Shown in pieces: positions 47,481 through 60,468 of a stretch of DNA of 64,000 nucleotides. Made by a program: the position numbers and the translations under genes. The stretch comes from Mobula hypostoma (Eukaryota): positions 89,778,001 to 89,842,000 of the forward strand of contig NC_086097.1 in assembly GCF_963921235.1 (NCBI RefSeq), written 5' to 3'. Below the pieces are notes generated by a model. The model ran no database searches. It had not been told where the DNA came from and saw nothing but the letters and a program-made list of their open reading frames with translations. Every line of letters starts with the position of its first letter. Within the stretch, counting starts at the first letter, position 1.

Positions 47481-48279
47481 CTAAAGCAATATAAACAGCA
47501 AGACCCGAATATTTTCAGGACATGAGGCAAGAAAGAAACAATAGCTGCTACTAAGAAAGCAAAGGTGAAAAATACTTAAATTGGTGGGATTATCTTCTGG
47601 ATTCATGAGCAGATGGCGGTTATGGACCAGAAAGTTCCATGCTGATGCTAGGCAGGAAGCAGTGAAGTTGTGGTCTTTTGTCCAAACAACACTGAGTTAT
47701 GTAGGGAATTATGTAAGAAAATCAACCCAGATTTCAGTTCCTAAATTCCTCCAATCAATTGCTGTTGATGAAGTTGTGTAAATGTTTAAATTATTAGCAA
47801 ATTGTTTTTGAAATTCCCTTACATTTTACTATATGATTGCAGGCAAAACAGTGAATTTAACTTCTAGAAGAAGGGAAATGAGATTAAAAAAAAGTAAAGT
47901 ATCAATAAACTTGAATAGAATCTAGTTAAGCCACATTTAAACAAATGCTCTGAGCTCCAATATTACAAAAGGGAAGTACAAAAGCTGCAGAAAAGATTGA
48001 TAAGGATATTAACAGAATTTTGAAGTTGTAGTAATTAGGCAGGGTAAGTCTCTCCTCCAGAAACACAAGGCTGAGATATAATTATGAATAGGATTGATGG
48101 GTAGATGTAGAAAAGGTTATTTAAGTTCTAGATGAAACCAAAGGTAAAGGTCATAAATATAAGACAATCCCAAAATTTCAATAAAGACTTTGAGTGGAAT
48201 CTCTAACTAGTGATAAGAATGGAACTCGCTGTCAAATGGAACAGATAGAGCAGGAGGAGGGGAATTCAACAGTTGCATC

Positions 48280-50168
48280 AGGCAGCCCTAACAACAGCGA
48301 GGGCCAAACTGTCCCGGGCCATCAGAGAGGCAAAATGTGCACATGCCCAGCGAATCCACAGCGGCGACACGTGGCGCATGTGGAAGGGCATTCAGGACAA
48401 CACCACCTGCCTGTGCTGCTGATGCCTCCCTCCCAGATGCGCTGATCAACTTCTACGCTCGTTTTGAGGCAGAAAATGACGTGGCGGCGAGGAAGACCAC
48501 CCCTCCTCCAAATGACCAGGTGCTGTGTCTTACCGTGGCTGATGTGAGGAGAACCCTGTGCAGGGTCAACTCATGGAAGGTTGCTGGACCAGACAATATT
48601 CCTGACAGAGTGCTTTGAGAATGTGTAGACCAGCTAGCAGATATTCTCACTGACATCTTCAACATCTCCCTGAGCAGTGCCGTCGTTCCTACGTGCTTCA
48701 AGGCCGACACCATCGTCCCCATGCCGAAGAAGTCTTCAGTGTCCTGCCTCAACAACTACTGTCCCATCACACTCACATCCATCATCATGAAGTGTTTCGA
48801 GAGGCTCGTCATGAGGCACATCAAGACCCTGCTGCCCCCCTCACTGGACCCCCTGCAGTTCGCGTACCGTCCCAACCATTCAACAGACGACACCATTGCC
48901 ATCACCCTCCACCTGGCCCTAACCCACCTGGACAAAAAAGACAGGTACGTTCGAATGCTGTTCATAGATTTCATTTCAGCATTCAACACAACCATTCCTC
49001 AGAAACTGATTGGAAAGCTGAGCCTACTGGGCCTGAACACCTCCCTCTGCAACTGGATCCTAGACTTCCTGACTGGGAGACCTCAGTCAGTCTGGATTGG
49101 AAGCAGCATCTCCAACACCATCACACTGAGCACGGGAGTCCCCCAGGACTGTGTGCTCAGTCCACTGCTGTTCACTCTGCTGACCCACGACTGTGCTGCA
49201 ACACACAGCTCGAACCACATCATCAAGTTCACCAATGACACGACCGTGATGGGTCTCATCAGCAAGAACGATGAGTCAGCATACAGAGAGGAGGTGCAGC
49301 GGCTAACGGACTGGTGCAGAGCCAACAACCTGTCTCTGAATGTGAACAAAACAAGAGATGGTTGTTGATTTAAGGAGGACATGGAGCGACCACTCTCCAC
49401 TGAACATTGACGACTCCTCCATAGAGATCGTTAAGAGCACCAAATTTCTTGGTGTTCACCTGGCAGAGAATCTCACCTGGTCCCTCAACACCAGCTCCAT
49501 AGCAAAGAAAGCCCAGCAGCGTCTCTACTTTCTGCGAAGGCTGAGAAAAGTCCATCTCCCACCCCCCCATCCTCACCACATTCTACAGAGGTTGTATTGA
49601 GAGCATCCTGAGCAGTTGCATCACTGCCTGGTTTGGAAATTGCACCATCTCGGATCGCAAGACCCTGCAGTGGATAGTGAGGTCAGCTGAGAAGATCATC
49701 AGGGTCTCTGTTCCCACTATTAGACATTTTCACCACACGCTGCATCCGTAAAGCAAACAGCATTATGAAGGACCCCACGCACCCCTCATACAAACTCTTC
49801 TCCCTCCTGCCATCTGGCAAAATGCACTGAAACATTCCGGCTCTCACGACCAGACTATGTAAGTTTCTTCCCCCAAGCCATCAGACTCCTCAATACCCAG
49901 AGCCTGGACTGACACCAACCTACTGCCCTCTACTGTGCCTATTGTCTTGTTTATTATTTATTGTAATGCCTGCATTGTTCTGTGCACTTTATGCCATCCT
50001 GGGTAGGTCTGTAGTCTAGTGTAGTTTTTGTGTTGTTTTACGTAGTTCGGTGTAGTTTTTGTATTGTTTCATGTAGCACCATGGTCCTGAAAAACGTCTC
50101 GTTTTTACTGTGTACTGTACCAGCAGTTATGGTCGAAATGACAATAAAAAGTGACTTGACTTGACTTG
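48280..50168 (+). mobile_element. Rex1/Babar LINE, RT domain + 3' UTR
   Basis: [54 protein letters not shown] (catalytic DD lost), QQRLYFLRRLRK; AATAAA + (CTTGA)n tail. Confidence 0.97.
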
Positions 50169-50489
50169 GAAGATGTGGCCATGCATAGTGTGAGGTGGTG
50201 ATTATTTGGCACATAATTATACATTAAATGGGCCAAATAGTCTTTTTCTATGGTTTCATCTGCATGTTAAAGGCATTTTACAAATGTAATTTGCTGTGGA
50301 TAATATCAGATAGGGTTCCACCATTTTGCCTTTTGAGGTCATGACCCTGTTTACTCTGAATTTCAGTTCTTACATCCCTAAGTCTCAGGTCTTTTCATGC
50401 TTTTCCCTAATATTTCATGTCTTTATGTAATTTTAATTTAAATGTTATTTTAAATTCTCTGTGCAGTCTGCCTTGGTCGAATAGCTGGC

Positions 50490-51140
50490 CGTACCGGGGA
50501 AACAGCAGAGACTGAGTGGGGTGAGGGGAGGGAGAAGAAACTAGGGCCCACGGAGGGAGGTCATGACTTGAGCCCGAGAGAGAGAGAGATTGGGACGTAC
50601 AACATGTGGGAAAACTACTCATAGATTCACTCGGGATGCACCTAGCTCTGCAGAATGAAAGAATGAGAGAGAACATGTAAAAGAAAAGGCAAGGAAAGAG
50701 TCAACAGGAGGTAATCGTAAGCACTCCCCAGCCTGGCTGCTGAATTGTTACTCCGCGCCAGATCCTTTCTTGGAAATGGCTTGTAATCGCTGGTGTTGCT
50801 TCTTAAGGGAGACTTGGGCTGCATGCGAGTTGAATTATTTGTCAGTGCTAAGACCGATTACCCAGCGCGCGATTAATAACAGATTGATGTCGCTGGTTTG
50901 GCTGTGCACGGTATATCTCCGAGAAGACTCAAATAACACAGGCCCCATTGTGCAGCTGCACTCTCTGTCAGTGAGGGGTCTGCGCTGGAAGGGAACTGCT
51001 GACGCAGGTATCTGCTACTCTCAGCTCGCAGCAAGGCGAGCCTCTTAAAGGGACCCCGCCTCCTTGCCACCACAGTGGTCACACCGGAACTCTCAGCACT
51101 GCTCACCCCGTAAGGCTCTTCGGGGGCGTGGGGAGGGGGT
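50490..51140 (-). promoter_or_regulatory. Repeat-free, CpG-containing island; candidate promoter/first exon
   Basis: Many retained CpGs, TTTAAGA near 51045-51050 on minus, no transposon similarity seen; unconfirmed. Confidence 0.35.
50601..50647 (-). other. Candidate 47-nt exon containing ATG (MSSFPTC)
   Basis: Long pyrimidine tract + tgcag acceptor, then AGCTAGG...ATGAGTAGTTTTCCCACATGTT, then donor gtacgt. Confidence 0.35.
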
Positions 51141-51479
51141 GATTAGAAAACAAAGTAAGATGTAGGAAGGAGGAGTGTGGGGTGGGGAAAACTAAGTAAT
51201 ATGTAAAATTAATAAAGGAAAATAGGACAGTTGGTAGTGAGTGAATTTCATCAGAAGAAGTAGAGAAAGGGAATAAGACGTAAGGGGACAGATGAGAAAT
51301 AGAGGAAGATATGGGTGAAGGGTGTTAATAGTGATTGAAAAATAGAGTGAAGAAAAGGAAAATAGAGAGGGGATATGGAGAAAGGGAGCAAAAGTGAGGA
51401 GAAGTAGAGGGAGGTGGAAATGGAGAATGGAATTAGAAATGGAGTGGAATAAGGTAATGTGACAGAAAGAGAGAAATAG

Positions 51480-51960
51480 TAAACACGATAAAGTCTGCAG
51501 ATGCTAGAAATCCAAAGCAACACACACAAAATGCTGGAAGAACTCAGCAGGTCAGGCAGTACCCGTGGAAAGGGCCAAGACACTTCTTCAGGACTGAGAA
51601 GGAAGAGGGAAGATGACAGAATAAGCAGGTGGGGAGAGGGGAAGGAGGCTAGCTGGAAGGTGATAGGTGAAGCCAGGTGGGTGGGAAAGGTCAGGGTCTA
51701 GAGAAGAAGGAATCCTGATAGGACAGTACAGTTGTCCATAGGAGAAAGGGAAGGAGGAGGGGACCCAGGGGGAGGTAAGAGGCAGGTGAGAAGTAAAAAG
51801 TTAGAGTGGGGAATAGAGGAAGGGATGGAGAGGGGGAGGAGAAATTGATATTGACGCCATCAGGTTGGAGGCTACTCTAAGTGTTGCTCCTCTATCCCAA
51901 GGGTGGCCTCATATTGGCACAAGTGGAGGCCATGGACCGATATGTCAGAAATAGGGAGTG
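51480..51960 (-). mobile_element. PLE 3' part
   Basis: Reverse strand SVHGL..CQ.EATL..EEQH, SLQPDG.NI; terminus with decayed hammerhead at ~51565-51596. Confidence 0.85.
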
Positions 51961-52884
51961 AATGGGGAGGGTGAAAATAGAGGGGAAATGAGTGTGGATA
52001 GATAGTAAATGGGAGATGGGACAGAGAAGGGTTAGAATAGGTTAAAATAGGGTCAAAACCAATGGAGGAAACAATAGTGAAAATGGAGAAGGCAACGTAG
52101 AGTGGGGAAGAGAAAAAGTGAGAGGGCAGGAGTAGGGAGTTAACGGGAAAGAGGGAAGTAGAAAGATGTGGAAGTGGAGGGTGAACAAGAGACGGGTAAA
52201 TGGGGGAGGTGAAGAAGAGGAAATAGGAACAGCAGTCAATTAGCACATGGCAAGGTCTCACAAATTTCTTTTACACATTTGGGAAAAAAACAACTCTGTT
52301 ACTAATAACAGAAGGACTATTTATAAAGTTTGTTGTTTCCCTCTTAAAAGCTTTCTTCCCTTAGAGAACAGAATACGCAGGGAGCTGATAATGCAGGTTT
52401 GACTGAACTTTGGAATGCATCAGCACTTTAATGGAAGTCTTTCAGGTGTAGATAGTTTCCTGTAGATCTCCAGCTTGGCTAATGCATCAACTCTCACTCT
52501 AAACAGAGCAAGCTGTGAGGCCATTTAACCCACCATCCTGAAATCTGTGTCTAGAGTTTTAGTGACAGTGAATGAGGGATGGGATACCTTTTCACCATGG
52601 GATAAGCGTGATTCTTCTGGCAATGTAGAATTCCTTGGGTGAATCATCCTGGATTATGAACTGAAAATCTGCTCTGAGTCAGTGATAAATGTCCTATCAT
52701 TGAGCTAAACATTGCAGGCTACTGGGAACTATAAAGAAATGGGCTTGATGCTTACAGAGTCCATTGCGTTCCAAAGTGCACCTGACTCAGAAACGTATCA
52801 CTGGTCCTGTATTGTCGATAACACTAAAACCTAAAACCTACTGAATGGTCTGGAGTGAGTGTTTTGAGGATGATTTGAGGATGT

Positions 52885-55875
52885 TTCGGGAGTGTTTAAA
52901 CTAATTTGCAAGGGGGATGGGACCCGGAGCAATAGAGCAGTGAAAGAAGTGCATGGAGTAAAGCCAGATCTAACATATAGAGAGGCTTTGAGGAAAGAGA
53001 GGCAGAATAAAGGGTGTAAAGGTAGTAAAGTAGAAGGGCTAAGCTGTGTGTACCTCAATGCAAGAAGCATCAGGAACAAAGGTGATGAACTGAGAGTTTG
53101 GATACACACATGGAATTATGATGTAGTGGCCATTACAGAGACTTGGCTGGCACCAGGGCAGGAATGGATTCTCAATATTCCTGGATTTCAGTGCTTTAAA
53201 AGGGATGGGGGGGGAGGGGAGGAGTGGTGGCATTACTGGTCAGGGATACTATTACAGCTACAGAAAGGGTGGGTAATGTAGCAGGATCCTCTTTTGAGTC
53301 AATATGGGTGGAAGTCAGGAACAGGACGGGAGCAGTTACTCTATTGCGGGTATTCTGTAGGCCCCCTGGTAGCAGCAAGGATACAGAGGAGCAGATTGGG
53401 AGGCAGATTTTGGAAAGGTGCAAAAATAACAGGGTTGTTATCATGGGTGACTTTAACTTCCCTAATATTGATTGGCACCTGATTAGTTCCAAGGGTTTAG
53501 ATGGGGCAGAGTTTGTTAAGTGTGTCCAGGACGGATTCCTGTCACAGTAGGTTGACAGGCCGACTGGGGGAATGCTATACTAGATCTAGTACGAGGTAAC
53601 GAACCGGGTCAGGTCACAGATCTCTCAGTGGGTGAGCATCTGGGGGACAGTGACCACCGCTCCCTGGCCTTTAGCATTATCATGGAAAAGGATAGAACCA
53701 GAGAGGACAGAAAAATTTTTAATTGGGGATGGGCAAATTATGAGGCTATAAGGCTAGAACTTGTGGGTGTGAATTGGGATGATATTTTTGCAGGGAAATG
53801 CACTATGGACATGTGGTCGATGTTTAGAGATCTCTTGCAGGATGTTAGGGATAAATTTGTCCTGGTGAGGAAGATAAAGAATGGTAGGGTGAAGGAACCA
53901 TGGCTGACAAGTGAGGTGCTTAATCTAGTCAGGTGGAAAAAGGCAGCATACATGAGGTTTAGGAAGCAGGGATCAGATGGGTCTATTGAGGAATATAGGG
54001 AAGCAAGAAAGGAGCTTAAGAAGGGGCTGAGAAGAGCAAGAAGGGGGCATGAGAAGGCCTTGGCGAGTAGGGTAAAGGAAAACCCCAAGGCATTCTTCAA
54101 TTATGTGAAGAACAAAAGAATGACAGGAGTGAAAGTAGGACCGATTAGAGATAAAGGTGGGAAGATGTGCCTGGAGGCTGTGGAAGTGAGCGAGGTCCTC
54201 AATGAATATTTCTCTTCGGTATTCACCAGTGAGAGGGAACATGATGATGGTGAGGACAATATGAATGAGGTTGATGTTCTGGAGCATGTTGATATTAAGG
54301 GAGAGGAGATGTTGGAGTTGGTAAAATACATGAGGATGGATAAGTCCCCGGGGCCTGGTGGAATATTTCCCAGGCTGCTCCACGAGGCGAGGGAAGAGAT
54401 TGCTGAGCCTTTGGCTAGGATCTTTATGTCCTTGTTGTCCACGGGAATGGTACCGGAGGATTGGAGGGAGGCGAATGTTGTCCCCTTGTTCAAAAAAGGT
54501 AGTAGGGATAGTCCGGGTAATTATAGACCAGTGAGCCTTACGTCTGTGGTGGGAAAACTGTTGGAAAAGATTCTTAGAGATAGGATCTATGGGCATTTAG
54601 AGAATCATGGTCTGATCAGGGACAGTTAGCATGGCTTTGTGAAGGGCAGATTGTGTCTAACAAGCCTGATAGAGTTCTTTGAGGAGGTGACCAGGCATAT
54701 AGATGAGGGTAGTGCAGTGGATGTGATCTACATGGATTTTAGTAAGGCATTTGACAAGGTTCCACATGGTAGGCTTATTCAGAAAGTCAGAAGGCATGGG
54801 ATCCAGGGAAGTTTGGCCAAGTGGATTCAGAATTGGCTTGCCTGCAGAAGGCAGAGGGTCGTGGTGGAGGGAATAAGTTCAGATTGGAGGGTTGTGACTA
54901 GTGGTGTCCCACAAGGATCTGTTCTGGGACCTCTACTTTTCGTGATTTTTATTAATGACCTGGATGTCGGGGTAGAAGGGTGGGTTGGCAAGTTTGCCGA
55001 GGACACAAAGGTTGGTGGTGTTGTAGATAGTGTAGAGGATTGTCAAAGGTTGCAGAGAGACATTGATAGGATGCAGAAGTGGGCTGAGAAGTGGCAGATG
55101 GAGTTCAACCCGGAGAAGTGTGAGGTGGTACACTTTGGAAGGACAAACTCCAAGGCAGAGTACAAAGTAAATGGCAGGATACTTGGTAGTGCGGAGGAGC
55201 AGAGGGATCTGGGGGTACATGTCCATAGATCCCTGAAAGTTGCCTCACAGGTAGATAGGGTAGTTAAGAAAGCTTATGGGTTGTTAGCTTTCATAAGTCG
55301 AGGGATAGAGTTTAACAGTCGCGATGTAATGATGCAGCTCTATAAAACTCTGGTTAGGCCACACTTGGAGTACTGTGTCCAGTTCTAGTCACCTCACTAT
55401 AGGAAGGATGTGGAAGCATTGGAAAGGGTACAAAGTAGATTTACCAGGATGCTGCCTGGTTTAGAGAGTATGCATTATGATCAGAGATTAAGGGAGCTAG
55501 GGCTTTACTCTTTGAAGAGAAGGAGGATGAGAGGAGACATGATAGAGGTGTATAAGATATTTAGAAGAATAGATAGAGTGGGTAGCCAGCGCCTCTTCCC
55601 CAGGGCACCACTGCTCAACACAAGAGGACATGGCTTTAAGGTAAGGGGTGGGAAGTTCAAGGGGGATATTAGAGGAAGGTTTTTTACTCAGAGTGGTTGG
55701 TGCATAGAATGCACTGCCTGAGTCAGTTGTGGAGGCAGATACACTAGTGAAGTTTAAGAGATTACTAGACAGTTATATGGAGGAATTTAAGGTGGGGGGT
55801 TATATGGGAGGCAGGGATTGAGGGTTGGCACAATATTGTGGGCCAAAGGGCCTGTAATGTGCTGTACTATTCTAT
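52885..55875 (+). mobile_element. CR1 LINE, near-complete ORF2 (APE endonuclease + RT) with 3' UTR
   Basis: YLNARSIRNK, VAITETWL, IMGDFNFPNIDW, LGDSDH, DKSPGP, YMDFSKAFDKV, GVPQGSVLGP, KFAEDTK; a few stops and frameshifts. Confidence 0.98.
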
Positions 55876-55954
55876 CTATCTATTCCATTCGTAGAAGAGA
55901 CAACGATCGAAGGGTACAGACTCAGAATGAAAGGCTGTCCCTTTAAAACTGGGA

Positions 55955-57005
55955 TGCACAGGATCGAAATGAGTTGCAGAAAGTTGTTAACTCGGTCAGC
56001 CCCATCATGGTCTCTAGCCTTCCCAGCACCCAGGACATCTTCTAGAACCAATGCCTCAAAAAGATGGCATCCATCATTAAGGGCCCCATCACCCAGGACA
56101 TTGCTACCATCATGGAGGAGGTACAGGAGCCTGAAGACACTCAATGATTCAGGAACAGCTTCTTCCCCTCTGCAATCAGATTTCCGAGCAGACATTGAAC
56201 CCATGAACACTACCTCACTACTTCTTTTTATCTTTTTGCACTATTAATTTAACTTATTAAATATATATGAAACACCCTGTTTTCCATGGCTACGTAAGTC
56301 TAGGGAAGACACTCTCAAGTCCCACCAAACTCGTGAGATTGAGACGGCTCATCCCATCCCAAACCCCAGTTTGTGTGGATGCTGTGTAATTTGCTACCCT
56401 GTTACAAATTAGTGCCACAAAACTGCATGCGATTAAAGGAATTATACTTATGAATCTTAACTAAAGGGTTAGTAAAGAGTAACAAAAAGAAAAGGGCCCA
56501 TTTTAATTAAACAGTCAAATGTGCATAAGTCGGGGCTCATCTTGAACTTTTCTGTCACTCACGCGCTGGGCCCTGGGTCAGTGTGAATGCCCACACCACC
56601 TTCCGAACGTCGCTCGCAATCCATCCTGAACAAACGGGTCTCCCACCGGATCGTATGCTACGACCAGTCCTCCCCAGTGTCTTCTCTCTTCATCTTCTCT
56701 TGAACAAAAGCCCAAGACCAACCTTATTGTCCCTCACCAAGAAAACCTCCCGCTAATTGGATGGCACATATTCCACATCATCCCTCATCTTCAACAATAA
56801 CCCAAACAGGCTGAAAGCAGAACAAACAGCTCTTACAGAACTGATAACTGAAATACCTACAGCGTAACAGTGAAGATGTGAACCAGGGCACTACATATAT
56901 ATACTTACTGTAACTTAGTTTTTAATTATTATGTATTACAATGTTCTGCTGCCGCATTACAAGTTTCACAACATAACATATGCTGGTGATATTAATTCTG
57001 GTTCT
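55955..57005 (+). mobile_element. Rex1/Babar 3' fragment, inside a CR1 tail (55880-55950 / 57005-57500), interrupted by an LTR
   Basis: gctaccatcatggaggaggtacaggagcctgaagacac is shared with 61893-61930; tail gatattaattctggttctga. Confidence 0.75.
56268..56895. mobile_element. Solo LTR (628 bp), probably Gypsy type
   Basis: TG...CA; inverted termini TGAAACACCCTGTTT / AACCAGGGCACTACA; sits in a TA run with TATA on both sides. Confidence 0.7.
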
Positions 57006-57167
57006 GAGGAGGAATTTCTTCAGCCAGTGGGTAGTGACTCTGTGGAATTTATTGGCGCAGAGGACTGTAGACACTAAGTCATTGGCTGTATTTAAGGCAG
57101 ATATTGATAGATTCTTGATTGATAATGAGGTGAAGGGGTTATAGGGGGAAGAGAGAGTATGGGATTA

Positions 57168-57420
57168 GGTGGCATGGTAGTGTAGTGGTTAGCACAACAC
57201 TTTACAGTACCAGCAACATAGGTTCAGTTCCTGCCAAAAGGGTTTCCCCTGGGTGCTCTGGATGCTCTGGTTTCCTTCTACAGTCCAAAGATGCACTGGT
57301 TGGTAGGTTAGTTGGTCGTCATAAATTATCCCGTGATTAGCTTCGGTTAAGTCAGGGGTTGCTGGGTGGCACAGCTCGAAAGGCTGGAAGGGCCTGTTCT
57401 GCACTGAAGCCCAATAAATA
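57168..57420 (+). mobile_element. V-SINE/HE1-like SINE
   Basis: ggtagtgtagtggttagcac, ggttcagttcc, ctctggtttccttctacagtccaaaga, gaagggcctgtt. Confidence 0.8.
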
Positions 57421-57945
57421 ATCAGCCATGAATTACTGGCGAATCAGACTCAATGGCAGAATGGCCTTATTCTGCTCCTGCTCTTATGGTCTGTATGGCC
57501 AGCAGTACTGTGTGACTATCTTCACCAAGACTTCATAATCTCCATTCAAGACAGGCAATCCTGCCTCCTGAAGAATAATCAAATAGACGAATAAAGTGCA
57601 AACCTAAAGGCACTGAGATAGATGGCTGAGTATTCGCAGAAAAATAGGTTTTAACAAGTACCTTATGGTTGAAAGATGGTTCAGAAAGTTAAAAGATGGA
57701 TTTCCAGAGTTTGACATTGTTTTAAGAACCTAACCAGAACAGTGGTGTCAATGTTATATCCAGTGGTATTTGCCTTTCCTCACTGCAATGCAGTTGTGGC
57801 TTCCATTATTACAAGGTCCCAATACATCCTACTCCAAGGATAGATTCACAGTTAATTGCTAGGAGAAATGCAACACCTCTGGGAGTGCCGTCTTCCAGGT
57901 GAAGAGCCAAACAGAAGCATCACGTGGGCTCTCCACCCTCATATA

Positions 57946-58804
57946 CAGTGGTGTGCAAAAGTTTGGGCACCCCCGTCAAAATTTCTGTTACTGTGACTAA
58001 CTAAGCGAGTAAAGATGAACTGATTTCCAAAAGGCATAAAGTTAAAGATGACACATCTCTTTAATATTTCAAGCAAGAAAACTTCTTTATTTCCATCTTT
58101 CACAGTTTCAAAATAACAAAAAAGGAAAAGGGCCCAAAGCAAAGTTTGGGCACCCTGCATGGCAATACTTAGTAACACCCCCTTTGGCAACGCTTCTAAA
58201 AAGCTTGTAAATGCTTTTTGTAGCCAGCTAAAAGTCTTTCAATTTTTGTTTGGGGGATTTTCACCCATTCTTCCTTGCAAAAGGCTTCTAGTTCTGTGAG
58301 ATTCTTGGGCCATCTTGCATGTACTGCTCTCTTGAGGTCTATCCACAGATTTTCGATGATGTTTAGGTCAGGGGACTGAGAGGGCCATGGCAAAACCTTC
58401 AGCTTGAGCCTCTTGAGGTAGTCCATTGTGGATTTTGAGGTGTGTTTAGGTTCATTATCCTGTTGTAGAAGCCATCCTCTTTTCAACTTCGACCTTTTTA
58501 CAGACGATGTGAAGCTTGCTTCCAGAATTTGCTGGTATTTAATTGGATTCATTCTTCCCTCTGCCAGTGAAATGTTTCCAGTGCCACTGGCTGCAACACA
58601 AGCGCAAAGCATGATCGATCCACCCCCATGCTTAACAGTTGGAGAGGGGTTCTTTTTATGAAATTCTGCACCCTTTTTGCTCCAAACATAACCTTTGCTC
58701 ATTGCGGCCAAAAAGTTCTATTCAAAAGGTTCAAAGGAACATCTAAACAAGCCTGATGCATTTTGGAAACAAGTCCTGTGGACTGATGAAGTTAAAATCG
58801 AACT
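57946..58804 (-). mobile_element. Tc1 3' half: one IR/DR TIR, DD34E fragment and an inverted 5' piece
   Basis: TA-CAGTGGTGTGCAAAAGTTTGGGCACCC with inner DR at ~58141; ORF 58196-58711 PTVKHGGGSIM, QQDNEPKH, WPSQSPDLNIIENLW; LWTDEVKIEL on the opposite strand. Confidence 0.92.
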
Positions 58805-59649
58805 GCGACATCTCTGGGAGTGCTGTCTTCCAGGTGAAGTGTCAAACGGAAGCATCACGTGGGCTCTCTACCTCCATTTATATTACAATGGTCACCTCAA
58901 AAAGTATTTCTTTGCTCGCAGAAATGTGTGGGTTATTCTGACATTTGGAACTATTAGCTATCTCTTTATTCAGGTGCTGACCTATTGAGAGAAAGCCTGT
59001 GGTTCTCATGGACCAGCATATCACTGGTTAAGTGGCAGGATGGTGCACTTGCAAATTCACTAAGAGCTCTACATATTTCATGAGAATTAACAGAGTGTGA
59101 AAGTCCCCAAACAATAACCACACACTGAAGATATGATTAAAGGTGTGACAAACCACCACAAAGATTAACAAATGCGACGAGTAAAGGCAGAAGTCAAAGG
59201 CAATGTCTTTGACCAAAAAGTTATCCCAGGATTTAAATGAAGTCAACAGAAACTCATAGATTCAAACAACTTACAGTGCAGAAGGAGGAGAGAGATTCAT
59301 TTATAGCTTTTGGGGGTCAAGCATCAAGTCCAAGTTTGATCAGTTTAAGTTGTTTTAGCAGCCTGGCACATTGTTGTTGTTCTTGGACCAAAACCGGTAC
59401 AAAGTGGCACTCTGAGCCCTATTCACAAATAGATTGCCCACTCTCCTACCTTTACACTTCATGCCTTCCTGTGTTAGAGAATCAACTGTAGCTACAATGC
59501 CACAAGGACAGTGAGTTTAGAATGTTGGCTGAGCCTCAAGGAACATTGGCAAAAAATATGAATGCATTCAACTCCATTTCAAGATGGCAGCCATTTTCCG
59601 CAGGGCAGGTTTCAGGAAATGGACCCACACCTCCCACAATAAGCAAGAC

Positions 59650-60010
59650 CTGCATCTTTATAACCTCAGCAAGTCCCGAAGTGCTTCACAGCCAATGAAG
59701 TACTTTTAAAAACTGGTGGCTCACTGCAGCGTCCAAAATGCTGCAGTAAATTTGCAGTTCCCCAGAGGCCAATATGATAGTGAACTGAATTTTAGCCAGA
59801 TGAATTGGGGAAAGAAGGCCTCCTGTGTTCTGTGAATAGCGGAGTCTCCTGTAACCAACCTAGAGACCAGTATAAGCCTTCATTTAAGGCCTCATCAGAG
59901 GAGCAGCACAGCCTCTCCCCAGTGATGAAGCTAGTGACAGACTCTATTTCACAAAAAGGCATCTAGCGTGGATCTCAAATCCATGCGGTCTTACTGCGAG
60001 CACCACCAAT
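59650..60010 (-). mobile_element. Ancient Deu-domain SINE remnant
   Basis: acctcagcaagtcccgaagtgcttcacagccaatgaagtactttt and atttaaggcctcatc resemble the reversed SacSINE1-type tail and core. Confidence 0.55.
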
Positions 60011-60137
60011 CAAGTCCCAGCTATGACTGCTGGCACTCGGGTCAACTACAACACATTAACCAGCACTCTGCTTTATATCGGTTCACCCAGCCGGAAATGA
60101 AAACAAGCAAACATGGGATCTCCCTATGCAAACTTAC

Positions 60138-60468
60138 CTGGTTAAAGCTGCCCACGTGAAAACTGCTTTATCCAGTTTGAAGAAAAAGAAACACAACACA
60201 AGAGATACTGCAAATGCTGGAAATCTAAAGCAATACAAATCAGCAACAATGATCAGTGTGGCTCTAGAACAGCAAGTATGGTCTATCTTCTAAATCACAG
60301 AGCCACTCCAGCTTTGGAACTTCCTGCACATTTGCTAACGTCAGTGCTTTGGGCTTCTTGCTTGTACTGTTTCCACGTCCTTGCCAGGGGCGCACCCGGC
60401 GCATCAGGTGCATTGGCATGCTCGGCTGGAGCAAGCTGCAGTGCCCAGCAGCCTCGTGTTCAGATGGA
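60138..60468 (-). other. Candidate exon (likely untranslated)
   Basis: Acceptor tttcctcctcag at 60469-60480, GC-rich unique body, consensus donor CAG|GTAAGT at 60138/60137. Confidence 0.3.

Noticed and set aside
51140..52240. Long purine-rich tracts (pyrimidine-rich counterparts at 720-960, 1650-1810 and 5390-5590) as triplex elements
   Set aside because: Low-complexity sequence without clear mirror symmetry; the overlapping F/L/S/P-rich ORFs are compositional artefacts.
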